DNA of 35,068 nucleotides. It comes from Thermoplasmata archaeon. Lineage in GTDB: Archaea > Thermoplasmatota > Thermoplasmata > Lutacidiplasmatales > UBA184. How positions within the stretch are numbered: position 1 is the stretch's first letter; each line of letters begins with the position of its first letter. The notes under the pieces were generated by a model. The model had not been told where the DNA came from, searched no databases, and saw nothing but the letters and a program-made list of their open reading frames with translations. The DNA is taken from assembly GCA_030040035.1 (NCBI GenBank), contig JASHUJ010000186.1, forward strand, positions 1 to 35,068, written 5' to 3'. A program made the translations under genes and the position numbers. This document shows, piece by piece, positions 26,985-34,345 of this stretch.

Positions 26985-28281
26985 CGGCGCGAAGGAGCGC
27001 GATCGCCGCCGGGCCGAGCTCCCGCGCGAGGAACGGCCGTTTCACGTGGCCGATCCCGTGCTCGGAGCTCACCGTGCCGCCCAGGGCGAGGGCGGCGTCG
27101 AGCAGCTCCGCGCGGATCCGCTCGGCCGCGGGGCTGCCGGGCTCGACGACGTAGTTCGGGTGCAGGCTGCCCTCCCCCAGGTGCCCGAACAGGAAGAGCG
27201 GCGCGCCCGCGTCGCGCCCGATCGCCTCCAGCCGGCGGACGAGCGCGTCGATCCGGGGGAGCGGCACGGCGACGTCCTCGCGGACGCGGATGCCCATGCG
27301 CTCGTCCAGCACGACCCCGCTCTCGCCCCGCAGCATCCAGAGACGGTCGGCGTCGTCGAAGACGATCGGGGGCGCCGAGACCCCGACCGCCTCCAGCGCC
27401 GCCGCGACGCGGGCACGTCGCGCCGCGAGTTCGCCCCGCGTCGCCGCCTCGATCTCGAGCAGGAGGAACGCCTCGTCGGCCGGCAGGTCGGCGCGGCCCG
27501 ACGCCCGGAGGGCGGACGAGGACGGTCGGTCGAGATACTCCACGGCCGAGAGGCCCGAATCGGCGAGCCGGGCGAGCCGCGACGCGACCGATCCCAGCGA
27601 GATCCCGGCCGGGAGGGGAACGATCAGCCCGTCGCGCTCGGCCGGCCGCGCGGCGACGCGCACCGTCACCTCCGTGACCAGGCCGAGGGTCCCTTCGCTC
27701 CCGATGACCAGCTGGAGGAGGTCCGGACCGGTCGACCGCTTGGCGGTCCGCGCGCCCCATCGGACCGGGACGCCCGTTCCCAGGACGACCTCGACCGAGC
27801 GGACCCACACGCGGGTGGGCCCGTAGCGGAACGAGCGCGGGCCCGAGGCGTTCGTCCCGACGTTCCCACCGATCGTGCACGTCGTCCAGGAACCCGGGTT
27901 GGGTGGGAAGAAGAGCCCGTGGGGCCGGAGGGCCTCTTGGAGGGACCAGTTCACGACCCCCGGGCCGACCACCGCGCTGAGCTCTTCGGGCGCGATCTCG
28001 AGCACCGAGTTCCATCCCGAGAAATCGACGATCACGCCCCCCTCGGTCGGCACCGACTCCCCGTCCAGCGAGGTCCCCGCCCCCCGCGCCACGAGGGGGG
28101 TCCGGTTCCGCCGTGCCCAACGGACGAGCGCGGCCACGTCTTCCGTATCGCGCGGCGCGACGACCGCCGTCGGGTCGCCGGCCAAGTGCGACGCGTCCCG
28201 ACGGCAGCGCTCGAGCTCGGCCGGATCCGTACGAACGCGGCCCCGTACGGCGCTCGTCAGCGGGTCGTCGTCGGCCCCCAT
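26860..28281 (-). CDS. FAD-linked oxidase, GlcD/D-lactate dehydrogenase-like
   Basis: RGAGTSLDG, FFPPNPGS, TIGGNVGTNASG, GSEGTLG, GHLGEGSLH, SSEHGIG and DPDGILNPGK. Start is ATG 28281 or GTG 28287. Confidence 0.9.
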   Translation of the reverse strand: MGADDDPLTSAVRGRVRTDPAELERCRRDASHLAGDPTAVVAPRDTEDVAALVRWARRNRTPLVARGAGTSLDGESVPTEGGVIVDFSGWNSVLEIAPEELSAVVGPGVVNWSLQEALRPHGLFFPPNPGSWTTCTIGGNVGTNASGPRSFRYGPTRVWVRSVEVVLGTGVPVRWGARTAKRSTGPDLLQLVIGSEGTLGLVTEVTVRVAARPAERDGLIVPLPAGISLGSVASRLARLADSGLSAVEYLDRPSSSALRASGRADLPADEAFLLLEIEAATRGELAARRARVAAALEAVGVSAPPIVFDDADRLWMLRGESGVVLDERMGIRVREDVAVPLPRIDALVRRLEAIGRDAGAPLFLFGHLGEGSLHPNYVVEPGSPAAERIRAELLDAALALGGTVSSEHGIGHVKRPFLARELGPAAIALLRAVKRQCDPDGILNPGKLYPDARAARAPSRSPSAARDAAVRPR

Positions 28282-28336
28282 CCGCACGGGCGAGCGCGGA
28301 GGGCCCCTTACCGCTGCCGGAGGCGTTCGCCGGGAC

Positions 28337-28753
28337 CTACGGGCCGGTGGTCGCGCCCGCGGCCGCCGTCGTCGCGACCGCCTGCGCGAAGTCCTGGATC
28401 GCGAAGGGCCGCCGGATCACCTCGGCGGCGCCCGCCGCCCGGGCGCGCGACTCGAGCGGGGCGCTGTCGCGCGGGAGGACGACGAGCCCGCGGAGCTCCG
28501 GGCGCGCCGCCAGCGCGGCCGCCAGATCGCGGTCCCACGGTCCCTCCGGGTTCTCGGCGTCGACGATGAGCACGGTCGGAGCGAACAGCGGCGGCAACGC
28601 CTCCAGATCGTCGAGGTTCGCGACCTCGTAGACGTTGGGGCACTGGTGCAAGCGGAGCAGGCCGCGCAAGAGGAGGCGGGTGTCCTCGTTCGATCCCCAG
28701 AGTACCGCGGGGATCCGGTTGAGCCGGGTCCCATCCGAAGTGGTGGCGGCCAC
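28337..28753 (-). CDS. Stand-alone atypical receiver (CheY-like) domain protein
   Basis: AVLWGSNEDTRLLLRGLL..PTVLIVD..LVVL..ARAAGAAEVIRRPF follows the (beta/alpha)5 receiver pattern. GTG start at 28753 is inferred. Confidence 0.65.
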   Translation of the reverse strand: MAATTSDGTRLNRIPAVLWGSNEDTRLLLRGLLRLHQCPNVYEVANLDDLEALPPLFAPTVLIVDAENPEGPWDRDLAAALAARPELRGLVVLPRDSAPLESRARAAGAAEVIRRPFAIQDFAQAVATTAAAGATTGP

Positions 28754-29053
28754 GGGGTCCCGCGCGCTGATGCCGGGGGAACCGAACGCGCGCACGGCCG
28801 GACCGCTACGGACTACCCGTTCCCCCGCTCTACCTTTTGCGGACCGCGAAAATGAACGTTCCGCTGCCGCAACGTCCACATTCCAAGGGCACGGATAGCT
28901 ATATAGAGTGTGCGGACAATAGGTAGTTGGCCTCGGGCATCGGTGGCAGCGTCTCCTGGTGGCACCGTCCAAGAGACCTGGAGCGCCCCGCCGGTGCCTT
29001 CCCGATGCGTCTCGAACGATACCTTCTTTTGGGACACGACGGAACGACCGGCA

Positions 29054-29755
29054 ATGGTCGCCTTCTTCGGTCCGTCGGACGAAGATCTCGAACGCCTGCG
29101 CGCCACGGTGGAGTCCCTCGGCACGACCAGTGTGCCGGGGCTCGCCGCCGCGCTGGCCTGGCGCGAACGCAAGGCCGAGAAGCTGCTCGCCCACGAGCTC
29201 GCGCGGCCGAACACCCGGCTCATCTACGACCCGGCCCGCCGGGTCGTCCGGTATAGTCGCCCCGCACCGCCCGCCGCGCCGGCCGAGCGGCCCGCGGTCC
29301 GGGCGGCGGTCCGGGACCCCTCGCCCTCCGCGCCCCGCGCCCCGGCGCCGGTCCTCACCGGGACGACCTTGAAGACCCTCTGCCCGTCCTGCCACGTCGC
29401 GCTCATCCCGACCGGCTCGGCGAGCCTCGCGGTCTGCCCGCAGTGCGGCCGACTCGCCTCGTCCCGCGGAGGGCCGACGGAGACGGCCGCCTCCCCGGCG
29501 TCGGCCGCGGCGGACCCCACCGCGGGCTCCGCCCCGTCGGCCGTCGCGCCGGTCCACATCGGCGACCGGCGCTCCCAGGAACTGTTCGCGGCGTACGTGA
29601 CGTCGAAGCCGATCCCCTGCCCAAAGTGCCGGACGCCGCTCCGCCACCGGGGCCTCAGCGAGTACGTCTGTCCGAGCTGCGCCCAGACGGTGCAATTCCC
29701 GCGCGGGACGGTCCCCGCGCCACCGGCCGCCGCCCCGCCGGCCCCGCCCGCCTAG
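29054..29755 (+). CDS. Hypothetical protein: N-terminal wHTH-like domain plus two CxxC..CxxC zinc ribbons
   Basis: CPSC..CPQC and CPKC..CPSC separated by Pro/Ala linkers. ATG at 29054 (MVAFFG) marks the onset of coding-like composition. Confidence 0.7.
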   Translation: MVAFFGPSDEDLERLRATVESLGTTSVPGLAAALAWRERKAEKLLAHELARPNTRLIYDPARRVVRYSRPAPPAAPAERPAVRAAVRDPSPSAPRAPAPVLTGTTLKTLCPSCHVALIPTGSASLAVCPQCGRLASSRGGPTETAASPASAAADPTAGSAPSAVAPVHIGDRRSQELFAAYVTSKPIPCPKCRTPLRHRGLSEYVCPSCAQTVQFPRGTVPAPPAAAPPAPPA

Positions 29756-31293
29756 TACGGCACGGCCGCCCGGACCTCGCCGACGAGCGAGCGGTCCAGG
29801 ATCGCCGCGGCGACCCGCTCGATGTCGGGGGCCGGACTGCGGTCCCGCGTCCACGGCGCGACCCGCGTCCGGAGCGATCGGAGCGCGGACTCGCTGCCCC
29901 GCCCGCCGACGCGGGGCCGCCGGAGCTCGAGCGCCTGGCCGGCGACGATCCACTCGACCGCGACGATCCGCCGCGTGTTCGCGAGCACCCGCCGGAGTTT
30001 CGCGCCCGCCCACGGCCCCATCGACACGAAATCCTCCTGATCGGCGGAGGTGGACAGGCTCGCCGCGCTCGCCGGATGCACGAGCGTCTCGTTCTCGTTG
30101 ACGAGGGCCGCCGCGAGGTACTGGGGGACCATGAACCCCGAGCTCACGCCCGGATCGGGCGCGAGGAAGGCGGGCAGGCCCCGGTTGAGCGCGGGGTGGA
30201 CGAGGCGGGCGATCCGCCGCTCGCTGAACGCGGCGATGTACTGGATCGCGAGCGCGAGCGCGTCGAGGGCGAAGGCGAGGGGCTGGCCGTGGAAGTTGCC
30301 CCCGTTGACGAACTCGTCGTCGGAGAAGACCACCGGGTTGTCGCTGACCGCGTTCAGCTCGGAGGCCAGGACGCGCTCGGCGAACTCGAGGGCGATCCGC
30401 ACGGCGGCGAGGACCTGGGGGATGCACCGCAGGGTGTACGGGTCCTGGCCCTTCCACTCGTGGCGGGGGGCCGCGAGCTCGCTCCCCTCGAGGAGCCGGC
30501 GCATCGCGAGCGCGACCGCCCGCTGATCCGGCGAGTTGCGGACCTCCCCGAGGCGGTCGTCGAGCGACTCGGGCGACCCTTCGAGCGCGTCGTACGAGAG
30601 CGCCGCGGCGACGAGCGAGGCATCGAGGAGCTCCCGGCCCTCCGCGACCGCGAGCCCGAGGTACGACGCCATCAGCGCCGTCCCGTTGAGGAGCGCGACC
30701 CCCTCCTTGGCGGCGAGCTCGAGCGGGAGGAGGTGGTGCTCGGCGAGCACGGCGCGGGCCGGGACCGGGGCGGTCGACCCGGCGCGCACGAACTCCCCTT
30801 CCCCGATCAGCGCGAGCGACAGGTGGGCGAGCGGCGCGAGGTCGCCCGACGCGCCGACCGAGCCCTGCTCCGGGACCCACGGCACGAGGCCGCGGTTCAG
30901 GAATTCGGCGAGGAGGTCGACGACGGCCTCCCGGACCCCGGAGTGGCCGCGCAAGAGCGAGTTTAGACGGACGAGCATCATGCCGCGGACGACGTCCTCG
31001 GGGAGCGGCGGCCCCGTCCCGCTCGCATGGCTGCGGACGAGCGATGTCTGGAGCTCGGCCGCCTTGTCGCGGGGGACGACCCGGTCCGAGAGCGCGCCGA
31101 AGCCGGTCGTGACCCCGTAGATCCGCCGATCGCTCGCCACCGCGCGCTCGACGGCCCCGCGGCTCCGGGCCACGGAGCGCCGGGCGTCCGCCGTGAGCGC
31201 GACGGCGCGGCCGTCCCGCGCGACCGACAGGAACGCCGCGAGGGTCAGCGACCGTCCGTCCAGCGGTACGGTCTCGGCGAGAGAGCGGTCCAC
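29752..31293 (-). CDS. hutH: Histidine ammonia-lyase
   Basis: YGVTTGFG, LVRSHA, MIO-forming GSVGASGDLAPL, KEGVALLNGT, QDPYTLRCIPQ, GGNFHG and QEDFVSMG. Confidence 0.93.
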   Translation of the reverse strand: MDRSLAETVPLDGRSLTLAAFLSVARDGRAVALTADARRSVARSRGAVERAVASDRRIYGVTTGFGALSDRVVPRDKAAELQTSLVRSHASGTGPPLPEDVVRGMMLVRLNSLLRGHSGVREAVVDLLAEFLNRGLVPWVPEQGSVGASGDLAPLAHLSLALIGEGEFVRAGSTAPVPARAVLAEHHLLPLELAAKEGVALLNGTALMASYLGLAVAEGRELLDASLVAAALSYDALEGSPESLDDRLGEVRNSPDQRAVALAMRRLLEGSELAAPRHEWKGQDPYTLRCIPQVLAAVRIALEFAERVLASELNAVSDNPVVFSDDEFVNGGNFHGQPLAFALDALALAIQYIAAFSERRIARLVHPALNRGLPAFLAPDPGVSSGFMVPQYLAAALVNENETLVHPASAASLSTSADQEDFVSMGPWAGAKLRRVLANTRRIVAVEWIVAGQALELRRPRVGGRGSESALRSLRTRVAPWTRDRSPAPDIERVAAAILDRSLVGEVRAAVPY

Positions 31294-31312
31294 GGGGGTC
31301 CGGACCCCACGC

Positions 31313-31846
31313 TCAGGCGGCGACCGGGACGACGAGCTCGCCGCCCGGCTTTTGCATCGACGGCTGGCGCTTCGTCGCCACGCCCTTCGTCTGCCAGAAG
31401 ATCTCCGCGAAGTCCTGGACGAGCTTGAGGAGCTCCTGTGCGTCCGTGAGGGCGATCCCCTGGCGGCACTTCGACGCCTGCTTCAGGATCTGGAAGACGA
31501 GATCGGAGGTCTTCGGGAACTGCTTCAGGTGGTCGGGGGTGAAATAGTCGCCCCAGATCACGCGGACCTGCTGCTTCACCAGTTCCGCGTGCTGCTCCTT
31601 GACCGCCGTGTACCGCGCCATCTTGGAGGAGTACGCCGCCCGCTCCTCGGGCTTCGAGTCCGTGGGGGGCTGGGGGAGCTCGCCGATCAGCTGGTCCATC
31701 CGGATCACGGTCAGGGCGGCCAGCTGCGCCTCGTGCGGGTCATAAATACCGCACGGAATGTCGCAGTGGGCGTAGACCGTGCGCGGGGGATGCACGCGGT
31801 CCCAGAGGCGTTCGACCCAGTCGAGCGAGCGAGAGGGGGCGGACAT
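31313..31846 (-). CDS. sodN: Nickel-dependent superoxide dismutase precursor
   Basis: 26-aa leader ending VYA, then the Ni-hook HCDIPCGIYDP. Also KEQHAE, IWGDYF and FAEIFWQTK. Confidence 0.95.
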   Translation of the reverse strand: MSAPSRSLDWVERLWDRVHPPRTVYAHCDIPCGIYDPHEAQLAALTVIRMDQLIGELPQPPTDSKPEERAAYSSKMARYTAVKEQHAELVKQQVRVIWGDYFTPDHLKQFPKTSDLVFQILKQASKCRQGIALTDAQELLKLVQDFAEIFWQTKGVATKRQPSMQKPGGELVVPVAA

Positions 31847-31876
31847 GCCCGGGCGAGCCCGGAGGGGCCGATAAAG

Positions 31877-32263
31877 GTGCCGGCGCGCAACGATCCGGCC
31901 GCGGCCCCACCGCCGGAGCGGGCGCGGGTCTCCCGCTGGCGGACCCGCCGGGTGGAGGTCGCGGACGCGAGCATGGCCCCGACCCTGCGGCCCGGGGATC
32001 GGCTATTGGTCGACCGCGGGGCGTACCGCACCGCCCCGCCCGAGATCGGGGACATCGTCGTCCTGATCGACCCGGAGCGCTCGGACCGCTGGCTCATCAA
32101 GCGGGTGCTCGCCGTCGATCCGGGCGCCGGCACGCTGGAGGTCCGGGGCGATGCGCGGGAGGTCGCCCGGGACAGCCGTCAGTTCGGGGCCGTGCCACTG
32201 CGTTCCGTCATCGGCCGGGCGTTCCGCCGCTACCACCCTCCCGACCGGATCGGCGACCTCTAG
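31877..32263 (+). CDS. sodX: Ni-SOD maturation protease (S26 peptidase family)
   Basis: Ser/Lys dyad motifs SMAPTLRPGDRLLV and LIKRV, plus GD....RDSRQFG; no TM anchor; divergent from sodN. Start is GTG 31877 or 31952. Confidence 0.85.
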   Translation: MPARNDPAAAPPPERARVSRWRTRRVEVADASMAPTLRPGDRLLVDRGAYRTAPPEIGDIVVLIDPERSDRWLIKRVLAVDPGAGTLEVRGDAREVARDSRQFGAVPLRSVIGRAFRRYHPPDRIGDL

Positions 32264-32283
32264 GGTCCCCCCCAACGCTTAAG

Positions 32284-32306
32284 CGATGTGTGAAATGCAC
32301 ACATCG
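32284..32306. promoter_or_regulatory. Perfect 9-5-9 inverted repeat between TATA box and wtpA start (candidate Mo/W-responsive operator)
   Basis: CTTAAG (32278-32283), then CGATGTGTG-AAATG-CACACATCG, then ATG at 32307. Confidence 0.72.
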
Positions 32307-33470
32307 ATGTCCGCAGCTGCCCCGGCTCCGACCCCGTCGACGCTCCCGCCGCCGCCTCCCGGACCCGGCACTTCCACGGCCGTCTGGATCGTGGTCGTGA
32401 TCGTGATCGCCGCGGCGGTCGGAGGACTCGGGTTCTACGCCGGGTACGAGTACCGCGGCTCGTCCGCCTCGTCGCCCAGCGGCATCGTGAACTCTACGCT
32501 GTCGATCCTGGGCGCCGGCACCCTGACGTACACGTTCCCCGAGCTGGCGAGCGCGCTCGTCAACGAGACCCCGGGCATCTCCGCGCCGGCCGCGGCCCAG
32601 ACGTACGAGGGCTCCCTCGATATCACGACCGCGATCACGACGCTGGACGCGAAGGCGGACGTCGCTGCCCTCGCCGACTTCCGATTGATCCCGCAGCTCC
32701 TCCAGCCGACGTACGCGAGCTACGAGGTCGTGTTCGCCCACACCCAGGAGGTCCTCATCTACAACTCGTCGATCTCGGAGTTCAACGGGATCAGCCCCTC
32801 GAACTGGGGCCAGAAGCTCGTCAACGCGGTGACCAGTCCGGGCGTGCCCCGCTTCGGCGTCTGGAACGCCTCGACCGACCCGAACGGCTACAACGAGATC
32901 TTCACGATGATGCTGCAGGGCCAGATGTACCAGGGCGGGAACCTCTCCGCCGTCTACGGCCACTTCTACAGCGGTGCCCCGGGCAGCTACGCGACCCCCA
33001 ACCCGTCGACCACCATCCTCGAGCACGAGTCCCAGGCGGCGAACCTCGTCCGCACGGGCGTCGTCTCGGCCGTGATCACGTACAAGCCGGTCGCGCTCCA
33101 GAACAACCTCTCCTACGTGCCGATCGATCCGACCGTCGGGCTCTATTCGAACGACTCGGCCGCCTTGAACACTTACGCGGCCCTGCCCGGGACGCAGATC
33201 ATCTCCTCCTCGGGCGCGCTCGTCACGGTCCATCCTGCGCCGATCTTCTTCGCGGTGACCGTCCCGCTGAACGCGCCGAACCCGGCGCTCGGCGCCGCGT
33301 TCATCCACCTCATCCTGTCCCCCGTCGGTCGATCGATCCTGACGGAGGACAACGCCTGGACCCCGGTCTATCCGGGCTGGACGAACAACATGACCGCGGT
33401 CCCCCCGGTGCTCGCGCCGGACGTCGTCCCCCTGCCCGCCTGGGCGGCGCCGTTCGTCCCTAGTTCATGA
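32307..33470 (+). CDS. wtpA: Tungstate/molybdate ABC transporter substrate-binding protein (WtpA-like)
   Basis: N-terminal TM anchor; GAGTL, EGS, ADVAALAD..LIP, DPNGY and HES motifs match the WtpA pattern. ATG at 32307 lies 23 nt after CTTAAG. Confidence 0.8.
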   Translation: MSAAAPAPTPSTLPPPPPGPGTSTAVWIVVVIVIAAAVGGLGFYAGYEYRGSSASSPSGIVNSTLSILGAGTLTYTFPELASALVNETPGISAPAAAQTYEGSLDITTAITTLDAKADVAALADFRLIPQLLQPTYASYEVVFAHTQEVLIYNSSISEFNGISPSNWGQKLVNAVTSPGVPRFGVWNASTDPNGYNEIFTMMLQGQMYQGGNLSAVYGHFYSGAPGSYATPNPSTTILEHESQAANLVRTGVVSAVITYKPVALQNNLSYVPIDPTVGLYSNDSAALNTYAALPGTQIISSSGALVTVHPAPIFFAVTVPLNAPNPALGAAFIHLILSPVGRSILTEDNAWTPVYPGWTNNMTAVPPVLAPDVVPLPAWAAPFVPSS

Positions 33471-34345
33471 GCGCGGGGGGCACCCGCCCCCCGCGTGCCG
33501 GCCGCGTCCGCGGCCTCCCGTGGCTCGTCCTGCAGGCCGTCCTCACGGCCTCGCTCCTCCTCCTCCTGCTCCTGCCGATCTACGGGCTCTTCACCTACGC
33601 CCCGCCGTCGCAGATCCTGGCGGCGGCGACCAACCCGGCGGTCGACGAAGCGATCTGGCTCACCCTGTTCGCGTCGGGCCTGACGGTCCTCGGCGCCGTG
33701 ATCTTCGCGATCCCGGCGGGCTACCTGCTCGCCCGGCGCCGGTTCCCGGGCAAGAGCGTCGTCGAGTCCGCGATCGCGCTGCCCATCGCCGTCCCGCACC
33801 TGATGGTCGGTCTCGGGCTCTTCCTCGTGCTCGTGCTGCCCGGGACCCCGCTCTACCGGTTCACGACGGCGATCGGCTTCCCCGTCTACTACACGATCTG
33901 GGGCGTCGTGCTCGTGATGATGATCGTCAGCTTGCCGTACACGGTCTTCGCGGCCGAGCTCTCGTTCCGGGCGGTCGACGCGCGGGTCCTCGAGGCCGCC
34001 CGCTCGCTCGGAGCCGGACCGGCGAGCGCGTTCCTCACCGTCTCCTTCCCCCTCGCCCTGCGCGGCATCGTGGCGGGACTGCTCCTCACCTGGGCGCGGG
34101 CCGTGAGCGAGATCGGCGGGATCCTGATCCTCGCCTACGTCGTCTACCCCGGGGGGCCGTACAACGGACCGGTCACGTCCACGATCTCGGTCCTCGTCTA
34201 CAACCTCTTCCAGGCGGGGGACCTCGCGGGGGCGGCGGCGGTCAGCTCGGTCTTCCTGCTCGTCGCGTTCGTCATCTTCCTCGCGGTCCGTCTCGGCGAG
34301 CGCTCCGGCTGGCTGCCGTGGCGACGGGGGGAGGTCGTCCCGTGA
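33467..34345 (+). CDS. wtpB: Tungstate/molybdate ABC transporter permease
   Basis: ATGA overlap; ARRRFPGK, LPIAVPH, EAARSLGA (EAA loop) and WARAVSEIG. Confidence 0.85.
   Translation: MSAGGTRPPRAGRVRGLPWLVLQAVLTASLLLLLLLPIYGLFTYAPPSQILAAATNPAVDEAIWLTLFASGLTVLGAVIFAIPAGYLLARRRFPGKSVVESAIALPIAVPHLMVGLGLFLVLVLPGTPLYRFTTAIGFPVYYTIWGVVLVMMIVSLPYTVFAAELSFRAVDARVLEAARSLGAGPASAFLTVSFPLALRGIVAGLLLTWARAVSEIGGILILAYVVYPGGPYNGPVTSTISVLVYNLFQAGDLAGAAAVSSVFLLVAFVIFLAVRLGERSGWLPWRRGEVVP

Noticed and set aside
28930-29000. HDV-like ribozyme on the minus strand
   Set aside because: A 7-bp P1-like helix and a nested hairpin exist, but the L3 sequence, the P1.1 GG and a convincing P2/J4-2 catalytic C do not match. 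Kept only as a generic structured-RNA candidate.
31877-32263. Ordinary signal peptidase I
   Set aside because: No membrane anchor, short length, and position next to sodN favour SodX.
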